Shown in pieces: positions 31,061 to 45,028 of a stretch of 64,000 nt of DNA (positions within the stretch are counted from its first letter, which is position 1; the number at the start of each line of letters is the position of its first letter). This DNA is from Hormiphora californensis. Its lineage: Eukaryota > Animalia > Ctenophora. The notes beneath the pieces are model-generated. The model did not search any database. It had not been told where the DNA came from and was given only the letters and a program-made list of their open reading frames with translations. The position numbers and the translations under genes were made by a program. The stretch is taken from positions 2,108,001 through 2,172,000 of the forward strand of contig CM035352.1 in NCBI GenBank assembly GCA_020137815.1, in the 5' to 3' direction.

Positions 31061-31837
31061 CTGATTCGGGTGAGGGGGGAGGCACCATTATAGTTGACCA
31101 TCCAGAGCAGGAAACAACACTTGATCAGTGAGTAGAAGGGAATCCAGAAGAGAATGTAGTCGGAGAAAAAATAAAGGACCCCAAAAAGCCTAAAAGGGTT
31201 TTATTATGATTTTAGAGCCCTTTTCTTACTTCATTTTTTTTTTGATTTTTAGGGGTTTTGGTTTGGCAAAACCGGGCGCCGAAACCGCATGTAGTGAGGA
31301 TCCGGGCATTATGGCTGTCTCTCGAAGAGAGTTATCTTGCAATACGAAGCACTGACCGACATGTAAGTTGGTCAGTGACTCTGGTAGTGCGTAGCAGTGT
31401 TGAGCTGCTGACTTTGTTACCTAACACACTCACTCTTGAGGTACTAATATTCAGAATAGAAACAATCCTTGTGTTTTAGTACAAACCTGTAAACAATCCA
31501 GTAGGTAAGCCACTGAGTATCATCTCGTGTGTCTGCTGATTCTACCGCTTTGAAGGACAGGTAAGCGGGGAAGATGAAGCCGATGAAGTCACACAGGAAG
31601 GGAGATCCGTATCCGATAGCGAGCCAAACTGCAGTGAAACCGACAACACCCATAACAAGGTTGACTTTGCTCACCTGGAATTATGAATTACCCGTTAGAG
31701 GGACTGTGGAATAATGATGAAAATAATCAGTCTACCTTTGTCTTGTCAGAGGCTTGCTGCACCACATTGTCAACGCAAGGATATTTCACAAGGAAATCCT
31801 CGATGCTTTTTCGGAAGCGGTCCACTTGGGCTGCCAT
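31061..31837 (-). CDS. REEP5: REEP5/DP1/YOP1 family ER-shaping protein (3' end not resolved)
   Basis: Exon 31837-31736 MAAQVDRFRKSIEDFLVKYPCV..; exon 31674-31487 LCDFIGFIFPAYLSFKAVESADTRDDTQWLTYWIVY; exon ~31185-31061 FFSDYILFWIPFYSLIKCCFLLWM..NGA. This is the TB2/DP1/HVA22 signature. Confidence 0.88.
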
Positions 31838-32536
31838 GGCTGAACAGAGATGTAATTTAACGAAATTGGTAAAGAATATTCATTTTATCGTCTGTAACAA
31901 TTTTAGTCAGGCGAGACTGAGACAAGGCGAGACTGAGATACGGACAGCGGTCAGCGGAGGCTGGAAAGAAGAGAGGCACAGAAGATTTCACAAAACGACA
32001 AATTTGAGACGATGCGACACCACGCCACAAAATTGGGCGCGCGCGTGAATTTGTATCGCGCGCAGCATCGTTAAATGCAATATACGCCGCGCCTTACGTT
32101 TTCAATCCGAAAGAGCGCCGATAAAATGCATGTCAGACTTTTTGAAACTTCAGCTTCGAATATTTTTTTTAAATTTTCAAAATTTCGATTTTTCAAATTT
32201 TGAAATTGGCCTTTGAAATGATCTTTGAAAAGCGCTGCCTTATCCCTGCCTTATCGGGGGGCCAGCGGCGTTTGCCAAACATGATCTTTGAAAAGCGCTG
32301 CCTTATCCCTGCCTTATCGGGGGGCCAGCGGCGTTTGCCAAACATGCTCTGAGCTCTCGGTAGTTGGTCCCTACACCCGCGCCCGGATTGCACCCTACTT
32401 GTGGGGGTGGGGGTTACACCTACGCCACCGACCGCGGCTGAAGTGCTGTTTTGCTCGATCAGACTTTAATTTACTAGTCACTACTTTCTATTTAATAGAG
32501 GAAGGGGTATGAGTTCAGATATTTGGTGAAATCAAA
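31838..32536. promoter_or_regulatory. Short divergent intergenic region (probable bidirectional promoter) with a ~63-bp direct repeat at 32218-32345
   Basis: Head-to-head start codons of REEP (31837, -) and afadin-like (32537, +). CpG-rich. Duplicated atgatctttgaaaagcgctgccttatccctgccttatcgggggccagcggcgtttgccaaac. Confidence 0.5.
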
Positions 32537-33852
32537 ATGACATTCCGAGGCGGTGATCTATCTTACCAAGAAAATGGGTTCAGTAATGGGAATGATAGAT
32601 ACCCCCACAACAATTCTACTGAATATTATGTAAGCACACCACTTTACACTCAAAACCAGTGAGTGATACTCTTCCAAAACCTGTGAATTATAAATCTTAA
32701 ACCCCACTTCAGGGAAGCCCAAGAGAGGAAGAATACATGCGACAGGACAACAGGAACCGGTACGCCAGTAACTCTCCCGATACTAGGGATTCTAACCGGT
32801 ACAGGGGCGGACCTCCCGACCCTGTAAACAATCGACCTAATGATAGCTTCCAACCTCCTGATGATGATGTGAGGATGACCCCGGGGTACAAACAATGGGA
32901 GGAACTTAACAAAAAGATAAAAGAATGGAACAGCGAACGAAAAGAGATATTCCATCTTAGCTTTCCTGACAAGGTAGTTATTGTTACTTTGAGGGGTCAT
33001 AGTTACTGTCCCTATCCTGGATATCTTATCCACCCCCCTCTCTTTCAGTACATGGAGTATTTTGGAGTGGTACAGGTATTTTACCAGGAAACAGAGAGCA
33101 AATATATCAGCAAGTGTGTACGGATTTCTAGTGTTACTGATTGCTATCAACTCAAATGCATACTCAAGGAGAAATTCCAACTCCCCAGAGAGTTGAATCC
33201 TGGTCGTTTATCACTTTTTGAAGTACACATAAATAAAGGTAATCAACACGTTCCTCATGTACCTCACAGTGTCCAGTAGCTGCATAAAAGTTGTGTTATG
33301 TTACACACATTCCCTTCTAACTGTTATCATGATCCCCTCTCTTTCAGCTGAAAATCTGATGGACAGCCGATCATTTCCACTGCAAATACAACTTAGTTGG
33401 GTCAGTAGTGACCTAGACGGGCGGTTTGTTCTTAAACTGTACAGCGATATCCCCACCTCACAAGACGTATTTGGAGACGTTGCTACCTTCAAGAAGGCGA
33501 ACAACAATGACCTGAAGCTACAGCGCCAACGGAAAGCAATTCTGGACCAGAAACTCAAAGGTTTCTTCAAGGATCAGGATCAGCCCACTGGAGGGCCGCT
33601 CAGGGTGCATGCGGATAGCATAAATGATAAGCAGCCGTACAAGACCCTCCTTGTGTCTAATAATGATACCGCTTGGCATGTGATCAAGGATATGATGGAG
33701 AAATATGATATCCGGGGAAGTAGACCCGAGGAGTTTGCTCTCTTCCAGATTACACTGAGATCTGATTCTGGACGGGTGAGTTGTGTGAGAATGAGAGAGA
33801 AATGAGAGAGAGGGAGAGAGAGAGAGAGATAGAGAGAGAAAGCGAGAGAGAA

Positions 33853-33934
<82 letters not shown>

Positions 33935-36900
33935 TGAGAGAGAGAGTGAGTGTGTGTTTGATTGTTTGGATAGCTCCGTGTCGTACTATAGTTTGGTGAT
34001 GGGGTGATCACTGATCAGTGTGCGTGTGACAAGTAAATCTATTTCTGCTACCCACCGCAACAACCCATTATCAATTGTAACAGTCTTGGCTGATTATCAA
34101 CCGTTCCAGATGGATCAGTTTAAAGCAGATTTCCCCTTCCATTATATCTCAAATGTGTGTGTTTACTCTCAATTCTCAAATGAAGTAAAAATAGGAGGAC
34201 ACCATTTCCAGATTTAACAATGGTCCCCTACAGGCAGGAGGAGCAACTTCTCTCCAACTCGGACTGTCCTATGACCTATCTTGAAGAACAAACCACCCAA
34301 CACCTAGTATAACGTTTGATTTTAGACGCAGACCGCTCAATGCCTTCCCCGACATCCCCTGAGGAGCGGGAAACTGAGAGAAGGGAAACATTATCACGGA
34401 GGGTAAGTGTAAATGTTCTAATTGGGTGTCTAATTAGTATGCAATTAACTAACTATCCCACACTTCAGAGGCCGCCCTACTATGCCAGAGATGTACCGTA
34501 TCTGTTGGAGATAGGGGCTAAACCGGGGGAGAGGCCCATGGTATTTTATCTGGATAATCATATTTCTGAGATTGGCTCTAATCCGAATGATAAATATAAC
34601 TGCCTCTACCTACCCGGACCTGACGTAGACGGGGTAAGGACAATTATTATATGAATTATAACAACAAAACATGGTTTCCCACAAACTACTGCGTGTTCCT
34701 TCGAGTCCCACCATTGCCTGGCTAGACTGTGTAAAGTGAGGGTTAGAACATAACAAGTCCCACCCCACGGTTCATTGTTCATTCCAAGAATTCTAACATG
34801 CCCCCCCCTCCTCAAAGGTGCACTGTGTGATCCGACAGGAGAAGAACTGCATGCTAATCAACCCCGCATCACCGGAACCTACATTTGTCAATGGAACCCG
34901 GATCCCTGATTTTGTGGACCTACACCCTGACGATGTTATTAGTATTGGCCGGAACTACAAGTTCCAGTTTGTCGTTCCCTACAATGAGCACTACCCGTCC
35001 CAGGATGACACTTCACCCATGTATCGGTACCCAGCTCCCCCACAATATGGTACTCTGCCAAAGAGAGATGAGAACACAGTGAGCACGGAGAATGTGGAGA
35101 CGGTCTTTGGGGTGAGGGGAAATGTTGAAACTATATCTACAACTCGACAGGTTAGTTCATTGTACAGTTACTATCTGCATAGTCTAATTTCTGATCTAAC
35201 TATTGTATATTAATATTAGGTTGTCACATAATTTATATTGTCTTTCAACAGCTGCAAGTTTAGTTCTTTCAAATGAAATGTACTCAAGTCGTTACACTTC
35301 TCTTGGTCGAAGAAAGCACGTGACATCGTTTTTCAACTTCATTGGTGCAACATTCTGATTGATCACGGGTGGGTGCTCCTTATCAAACCTCTGCTCAACA
35401 TCATATCTTTTTGCCAGTGCCCAGAGAGTTAGCTTCATCAGCATCATAGCTAGATGCTTGCCAATGCATCCTCTGGATCCAGCCCAGAAGGGGGTATAGG
35501 AAAACTCAGCGGGGACGAAGTCTTCGGTCCACCGATCAGGGTTAAAAGTGAATGGATCCGCCCAGTATTCCTCAGTCGTGATGCATCACGTAGTGATTGT
35601 ACGCAATCCGGAAACCTTTGGTGTAAATTTTGTAGCCAGCGAAGTCATGCGACCCGTCTGCGTTTGTTGGTTTTTCTCGACTGAAGAGTAAAGAAAGAGA
35701 GTTAAATAAAAACAAATCAATTGAAAGGGAGGGGGAATATATGTCAATAGTGAATATAATACATTTTGAAATTAACAAACATGAATTACGTACTGGCTGG
35801 TAGTTCTCAATCCCCTCAGCAAAGCAGGTGCCATTCTCATCCCCTCCAAGATGCACTTTTCGGTAAACTTTAGATCCCTCAAATCCCCATTGCTCTCCAC
35901 CTCCACCTCCCGCAGCTCTTGGAACATTCTCTCTTGGATCTTTGGTTGTTTTTCTAGCAGCATAAACAGAGTACAGGTCTGTTTTACCAGATTATCCACC
36001 ACCAAACATACCGTCATCAAGTCATCCACAACTTTATCGAACACCATGCTATGCTTCAACAGCGTGTTGGTCTTTCCAGTCATTCTTCCTGCGTCTATCA
36101 AGTTTGCCACCATACTCTGCTTATCAGGCAGCTGCAGCCCAGATCGCATATCCTTGGATGTCTTTTTGACAGCTTCCAGACAGTCCTGACGGAGCTCCTT
36201 GACAATTTCAATTACATTTTGGGCCTTCATTTGGGTAAACTTCTTGTAGCTTATCAACGTTTTGGTCTCTTTAATTGAGATTTCATCGAGAATCCGAGAG
36301 GTCATATCAGCCACTTTCTGCGGCTCAAGAGGATCATCCATTCCCAGTGATTGCATGAATTGAATGTAGGTCACCGCCATCAAGTCATGGAAATCCACAA
36401 CAGATCCCTTTGGCCCAACTTTCCTGTACCACATACTACTAATATGTTCATCCAAGTGCTCCTTGCACTGTGGAAACAGAGCAGTCATGTTGGTCTTTGA
36501 GAAGAAATGGCTCATTGCCTTCCTCTTTATAGCCCAGTTTTTGCCATTGCCCGAGAGGATACTGGCCGTCCCGACCAACTTCTGTCCTCTGATGGCCCTG
36601 TTCGGTAGATCCATTGCCTTTCTGTATACGTCAACGGAAGTGGCCAGTTCTTTAAGGACTACGGGGTCGTGTGTAATCATGAGGAGGACGCTATTCATAA
36701 AGATGCAGTAGTTCTTTCCTAACTCCTTACGCCACCTCATAATCGTGTCCAAAAGGGCGTTATTTGCACGTGCTTTGTTGAGCGTGTATACGTGTCCAAC
36801 TACCCATCCATCCAATGGTGGTGTGGGAATGTGCCGGTTGTCCCATTTTAGTTTTGCACTACACCAGTATCGCTTACCAAAATAGATACCAACCAGGGCG

Positions 36901-39900
36901 GCCAGGGTCAGTAACAGGTACATAATTAGCTGCTACTGTGACGAGGGGAAGATATTAGGGCATTCTAGACAATTACTAACACGACATAATCCAGCTGCCA
37001 GCAGGGTGCACAATAAAGACTAGCAAATTTGTAAACTTGAAGCCTGTTAGTTTGCTGGATGAGTGAAAGATAAACAAGTTGATCTTAGTACGGTCTATTA
37101 AAACTAAACGAACTATTCTCATTTCAAAGTGTTCACTAATAGCAGTAGCAAGTCACTATCATAGTAACTCACTAAACTAACTCACTATGGTATCGTTCAA
37201 GGACCTCATTTTAGACACACTATATCCCCCGATGATGAGAATAAGCGGCGTCTTACAGATGCGGTAGTCGCAGGAAAGATGCTCAATACTCGCCTCTATA
37301 ATACTCCTCAGACAAAGCATTATATGTAGCGAAAACGCTACACCCCATTTTCTTGAGGCTCTAGTCTCTACAGGGCTAGTCCAGTTGCCGGACATGAGCA
37401 TCTTGGCAAATACGGAAGATAGGGTCAATTTCTAATAAAAATTTAACGACTAAACTATTCCTGTACACGTGAGTAGCCTAATATACCTCAACATTATTGT
37501 CATGATGAGGTATGTTGAGTATAATAAATAAAGTGATATATCCTAATTTAAACATAAGAATGAGTGGCATGATGATGTCCTGTCGACACGTGCAAATAAT
37601 GAAACATAATGCAGTTATTCTTGTTTATAGCCATAGTGAACAGAACTATAGGAAAGACCCCATGGTCACAATATATTATGTGACAACCTAATATCATGAT
37701 GACGTATGTCTTTCCCTGCCTCCGCTGATACCCCCCCCCATTCCAGGAGACGGAGATAGGACCTCCGAGTCGTAGGAACAGTGAGCTCCCTCGACAGACC
37801 CTATCACTGGATAATGAGCCAGGACGAGAGCCCATTGCAGAACAAACATTCCATGCAATGAACCGTGGCAGGTAATTTAAATTTTACGATTTTATCTGTT
37901 GGCAACAATATAATACAGTTGGACCCCGATTTACCGGGTTGCTCGGGGGAAAGGGTTTTGCCCTGTAAATCGGGGTGCCCGGTATATCGTGGTCGAATCG
38001 GGGTCCTCCCGGTTATTCGTGGTTCCGGTAAATCGGGGTCCGACTATATATAATATAAAAGTTTTGACCATGAATATCACTCTCAAGGAAACACTTAAAA
38101 ACCCAACATTTTCAGGGAATTACCCCGTGACCAGCCATCCGAATTCCCGGTCAAGTTACCCAACAATATGAACAATAAACCTCCCTCACCGACGCTGGAG
38201 GAGCAATCAGGGTTATTGGAGGAGTTCGAGTTTAGCATGGTTCCTCCTCAGGATCGAGTGAAGGATTCCCCTCCGACAACTCCGCTGGAAGAGAAAACTC
38301 TCTGGAATAACTACCCCAATAATCTGAACGGACCGCAGACATCTTACCGAAACCCAAGGGACCAGGGACCAAGAAATGTGCCCTACCAGGCACCGTATGA
38401 TCCACGACCCTACCCTCCCAGGGAATCGTATGATCCCCGTGATCCAAGAAACCGTCCATATGATCCTCGAGATCCGAGAAACCGGCCGTTTGACCCCCGT
38501 GATCCCCAGTCATTTGACCCTAGAATAGAACCACGAGGCCCGCCACCGGTTGAAAACAGGCCTTTTAATCCCCGAGATCCCATCCAGCCAGACCCCAGGT
38601 TATCACGAGGTGACTTCAGGCCCCCATACGATCCCCGTGGAGGACCTGATAGAAGGCCATCTCTAGACAGAAGCGTGGATGAGCCACCCCGATCAAGACC
38701 TGACTCTCGGGGTTTCCCAGGAAGACAATGGCAGGGGCCTGATAACTATAAACCAAGGGATCCAAGAGATTTCCGAACTCCTAGGGGTCCTCCAAGTCGA
38801 GGGGACTCTATTGAAGGACCGAGAGATCCACGTGACTTAAGACCTCCACCAAGAAGAGATGATACAATGAGAAGGGATAGTCCACCAAGAGGGCCAGATC
38901 CGCGAGATAGGAGAGAAGATCCGAGGGATAGGAGGGAAGATCCGAGGGATAGGAGGGAAGATCCTAGGGATAGGAGGGGTGATTCTAGAGACAGGGACCC
39001 AAGAGATCGGAGAGATGGTCCAAACGAGAGAAGGGGAGACCCAAGGGATCGAAGAGACGACCCTAGGAACAGAAGAGGTGATTCGAGAGATAGAGATCCT
39101 AGGGACTATCGTGAGCCACGCAATAGATTCGATTCCCGTGATGACCCGAGAGACTCCAGGCCGGATCGGGGTGGTGACCCGAGACGCCCAGATTCTCGAG
39201 AGAGGAGGGACCACCGGCCGGATTCAAGAGATAGGAGAGACCCCCGTGAGAGGTCTGGCTCGGCTGGAAGAAAGGATCCACCCCCTCCAAGAGATAGACG
39301 CGATTCGAGGGATGGAAGAGATTCAAGGGATAGAAGTGGATCTCGAGATGGGCTAAGGGACAAGAGGGAAGAGCCGAGGGATCGTAGGAGAGATGATCCC
39401 AGGAGAGTATCTCCCCCAAGGAGAGATGATCCTAGAAGGGTGTCTCCCCCTAGAAGATCGTCTTCCCCCCAGGAGAGATTCTCCTCCAAGAAGGGTGTCT
39501 CCTCCAAGGAGGGACTCGGTGGAAGACAACATGGGTGGTTTCGAAGATCAACCCGACGAACCGATCTACTCAAAGGTACGTGCTTTTTTTGCAATCTCTG
39601 AATTTCAGACAAAGTTGATGCTACTGGTCTCCTAAACCCTAACTTGCCCTCATATCATCTCTCCCTCAGCCGGGACCCAAGTTTGAGGGATCGGGGGTAG
39701 CCGTCTACTCGCCCCAAGAAGCAGAGCTTGGCCAGGATAGAGATCCCTGGTCGACGCCCACTGACGAGTTAGAGGAAGAGGATTTGGAAGATCTTAATAT
39801 TTATCGAGGTAAGTTTTGTTTTTCACATCCATTCTCCAACCCACTGGAGAATTCCTCGAAATGGTTAGTGGGAGGTTTAAGATCCCCGTTTTATGTTGTA

Positions 39901-42900
39901 GGGGTGACCGATTGTTTTTGACCCTTCTAGAAATTTAAGGACTGTTGAGAGGAAATAGCTTAATTTGGTGTGCTAGATGGTGTGCTAGAAGTTCTACCTA
40001 CGATAGAATATTCCAGAAAATTCCCCGACTTCCATTACCATGGAAACCCCTGGAAGCCCCCCTAAAACTCTTTATTCAAATCCCAGGACCGCCCGAGATA
40101 GATGCTGGTGTTGTGGGGCGACTTGATCATGCAAACATTCCAGAACCCCAGATATCGATGAATCTTCCTGCTAGTTTGTATGCTGATGAGGATAGCCTAC
40201 GGGATGTTGTGGAGTCCATAATATTCAAGGTTAATTTGGTAACATCACGTCATATTTAAAAGTAATATTATTGCAATGTCATGAAGGTGGATTATAACTT
40301 GTACATGTCATGCCTTCATGAGTTGAGTAGAGGGTGTTCTCCTCCCCTAATACTCAACAAGTCATGCCTTACTTGGCATTACTTGAAGGCAGGAGAGTGG
40401 GAAGGAAGAGGAGGAGAATGTGTGGTTGTGGCGAGTGTAGGGGCAGAAGTGCTAGGCAATTAAAGTATCAATTGGAAGGAGTGGAGAAGATCGTTAGAAG
40501 AGGCTCTGAGAACCCCAGGCCCCCAAGCACCCGAGCTTTCACGTCCCCGAGGAAGGGGGGGCCCTGGGGGAAAGAGAGCGGAGCTTCTATGCGAGAGACA
40601 GATACTCTCTAACTTCTCCATCTCTCCTCTCCCTCTCTATCTGATAATGTCTCTATCTCTCTCTCTCTCCTCTTCTCCTTCTCTCTCTCTCTCTTCTCTC
40701 TCTCTATAAATTTACAGTTTACCCTTCGCCAACGGGGAATTTAAGGGAAAGGTAGTGAATTAGGAAAACGGACATTTTGGAAATTACAGTCTCGCGAATG
40801 TCACCAATCTCGAAATGTTGACACATCCTATCTAGTTACGGTCCCGTAAAGGAGCTCAGGCGGGATCGCGCGAGTTTTAGACGTCAGATGTGATGATCAA
40901 AGGGAAAAAGAACTTGCATTGCAGACTCCTCGGTTAGTTGTGTGCAGCATATACCTTGATCTGGATGTATCGTCGGTTAACCTCAAAGTAGTTTGTTAAT
41001 GGTGTACTGCACCCTCAGTGTAGGAAAAGTAGAGAAGGGGGTCGGACTTGCAGAGAGAACTCAATTGTCGTGTTTAATTAATGTTGTTAAGAGAGCATAG
41101 TAGCCGGAACAGGAGCGCAAGCAAAGCAAGATCAGAGCAAGGCAACGGGGGCATTAGACATCCTTGTACGACTCACCCCCTGCTCCCACTCCAATAGTCT
41201 CGTCCCATCCTCTTAACCTCACGTTCAACTTGCTCATATTTTTAAAAACGTCCACTCATTCCTATTTGCTTTAATAATAGTATGATATATCCCTATCTCT
41301 CCCCCATCTCACCCTTGCACTAAGTACCCTTAAATGTCCTAAATATATAAATTCTAAATTTTGTCATGGAATGTAGCAGCTGACGTCAGGTCCATTAGTA
41401 AGGTGATGGATTAGGCGCAGCTCCTTCAGAGACGACACGTAACTGCACTCTGCATTACTGCAATGATTGATAGATGTCTACTACGATGATTGATATAGGC
41501 CTAGAATTTTAGTGGATGTATTACAAAGATATTGCACCTACAGCTGCAGCAGTAGTATGTGCAATATCTTTCTATTACAGGGTACCTACCTACCTACTAC
41601 CTAAGTAAGGTGCTAATAATCTCCAACCAATCAGAACTTGCTATTTAGGTCACGTGACAGGTTATTAGCCAATCAGGAACCAGTATTTCCTGATTCGGTC
41701 GGTTCCTGCTAATAATCTCCAAATTTTCCACCCAGGTGTGTCCGCTGACCATGTTCAGTCCTACATACGCAGTCTACTCAATACTGGATAAGATATCAGA
41801 TAATGAACAGCAGTGCGTACAGTTGTTTGATCTTGTCATCGACAACTACCTAGCTGCCATTCAGGTATTATTGAGACCTTTTTTTTCGATTAATCACCTC
41901 TTCTATGTATGTGTGTCTCTCTTTCTCTTTATCTCTATCTCTATCTCTATCTCTCTCTTTCTTTCTCTCTATCCTTATTTTTTCTAATCCCCTCGTTCTC
42001 TAACCAATGATTTTCCTCAGTCGTCTATGGAGTTTGTTGGCGGGGCCATCTTCTGGCTGTCCAACTCTTGTGAGCTGCTCCATCTGGTACAAACTCATCC
42101 CCGACTGTGTGACATTGCTGCCAAGGTATGCAATTCGTCTAATTTCCATATATATGGGCATGTTTCACTACGATATATGGGTGTCACGTGACTCGATCAG
42201 CCATTCAAACTGGGGCGTTCGGTGTGAATGTAAAGGTTGTATCCGGTTTCAAATACACTGTGAATTCCAGGGAGTAGGCAGTGAGAGAGAGAGGGAGATA
42301 TTAAACAGAGAGCTAGAGAGATACTAGATAGAGAGAGGGTGAGAGAAATTTATATTTTATAGGCGTGACTTGTGTAGTTGGCCCATCGATGAGGTATGAG
42401 ACAGAGCCAGAGACCAAAGTGTTGTGTTATAGACATGTCGACACACAACTTGTTTTTCAGTATGATCACACACTTTAATGGCTGTATTAGCTCATTACAT
42501 GCCATTATTATCAGTCCTGCTACACGATACACCAATTAGTGGTCTATGCTATACTGATACACATTCAAATGGTGATGTCATAATGCTTTCTTTCACTAAT
42601 TGGCCATCTGGAGATGATCTTCATGTCGCTGATATCATGATATCTACAGAAAAGTACAGTATAAGTTTACCTATTATATACTACTGTAGAGTGCTGCAGG
42701 CTAGGCATCTATTTAGCCACTTACTACAAACCAGATATAACCTCGAGTGAACTACTAAATTACTGAATAGCCGGCCCAGACTGAACATATAAATGAACTT
42801 TCTACTGCATATTTTACTTGGGAAATTGGAAAATGATTAAGGGCAACTTATAAAGCATTTGACAATACCACGCAAAACACACAAGTGCCTCACAATGCAA

Positions 42901-44415
42901 TGCCTCACAATGCCAATGCCTCCAAGATATTGAATCATGTGATTTATGTTGCCTACACCGCATCTAGATCAAATCAAATCCCCATACCTGTACTGACTTT
43001 TCTCCGTTCTCGGTCCGTTAAATGTTGATGATATGTCTCGGTGTTACATTAAGGTGCCTAACTGATCACTGCTCTCTTACATATTACATATAACTCACTG
43101 CTCTCTACTGCAGGTCGACCTGGCCCCGGTGATAAAAGTGGCTGTAAAGAGTACGATTGAGTCATGTTGTAACCAGCTGACACCCTACCTCTCTATGTTC
43201 CTAATTGATTCTGATATGGATGATAAACTTCCTGAAAATGCACTGATGAAGGTACAGTGGTTTGAACTGGGAAAAGGGTGAGGTGAGGGCATGGACACTT
43301 CTTCTGCCAGCTCTACGTAAAAGGCATGGCTTTTCATCGAAAGTTGAGAAAAAGGCATGGCTTTTCATCGAAAGTTGAGAAAAAGCTGTGTGTTGCCATT
43401 TGCCAACATCACCAAAGTTGAGAAATAAAAGTATCAGCTGTGTGCCACACCCCAAAAACGTTAAATAGTTGCCAATTATCAACCTCCCCGCCCCCTTTCG
43501 GGCAGGCCATCCTCCAGACGCAGCAATCACAAACAAACCCTCCCTTCAGGCGGATGCTCTTGGTTGTATCTGTGGGGACAAGTTAGTTGATCAGGATAAC
43601 ATGGCATCACTCCTTACTGAGTCTTTAGAGGCACTGATCGCCCGAAATGGCGCCTTCCCTGATGACAAGATGGTGAGTGTGTCTGACAAAGCTTCTAATT
43701 ATATCTTCTATCAACATAGTAATTTTATCATTTTTTGAGTATTCATTCAGTCTTCCCAGTTCCTTCCAAAGCATCATGCATAATTCACCTCCACAATCTC
43801 AATATTATATCTAGATTCTAGAAATTAGAGGTATGTGACTTTCCCTACATCATCATACTCTAAATCCTTTATCCCCCCTCACATTTGCATTCCAGCATAA
43901 ACGATATATTATGAGTGCAGAGACTGGAGAGTGTGATTAATATTGTAATATGGAACAAAATGTTGCATAGTTGGATTAAAGGTTGCAAAGGGTTGGTAAT
44001 GAATAATTACCTTCCGTGCAGGCTCATATATGCAATAAAGGGGTGACTTCGTAACCAAGCAAATGGGGGAGGAAAGGGTCAATTATTTTGTGTCTCCAAA
44101 TTAATAGTATTATTCCTTGGGTAAGCGTGATAAATCATCCTACAATTGATACCTTATTTCTAAGCTGTCTCGGATGAGAAAGATTAAGTGAAGATTTGGT
44201 GAAGATTTAGTGGCCGTGGGTTCACCATGGTACCAGACATGAAGTGCCTCTCTTTGTTGTCTTGGGTTGTCTGCTGATACTGTTGTGTGTGTGTGGATCC
44301 AGTGCTCTATAGGTAACGACTTCCTAACCTTTCTGCTACAATATACACACTCTCCCTCTAAATGCTTTCTCTCTCTCTCTGTCTCTCTCTCTGTCTCTCT
44401 CTGTCTCTCCCTCTG

Positions 44416-44491
<76 letters not shown>

Positions 44492-44994
44492 TCTCTCGCT
44501 CTCTCTCTCTCACTCTCACTCTATCCTTTTTCTCTGGAAACATTTGCGTGTGGGTGTGTGCCGATCATGCGGTACACAACGGCAGAGACAACACACCGCT
44601 TAGTGCAATAGTGCGAACAAGAGAGGGGGGGAGAGAGAGAGAAAGCGAGAGACAGAGAGAGACAGGGTAGAGAGAGGTGAGGACTGCAAAAGGGGAGCCT
44701 CTATAGGGAGAGTGTTTGTGCTAGAGACCAATGTATACCCTGAAATGGAAACAACCATTGAGAAATCGAAGACAATGATGAAAAGATAGACCAAAAATAG
44801 ATAGAGAGAGAGAGATATCCCCCCCCCCCCAGAGAGATGCAGTATATCATGGGCGTTTATCACCAAGCATCAGCTGGTGCAGCAGTTCGGTGTGAAAAGA
44901 TTGTGTTTGTGTGTGTGCAGTCTGTTTTAGCAGTTCATGCCTCTCAAAACAAACAAGTCATACATTCATAGATAACTACACAACTTTCTCTCAA

Positions 44995-45028
<34 letters not shown>

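Noticed and set aside
32650-33180. 176-aa antisense ORF, and antisense ORFs at 38837-39612
   Set aside because: Shadow ORFs of afadin exons with no independent motif.
39465-39574. Programmed frameshift in the afadin repeat exon
   Set aside because: The shift lies in a C homopolymer in an error-prone assembly; a sequencing indel is simpler.
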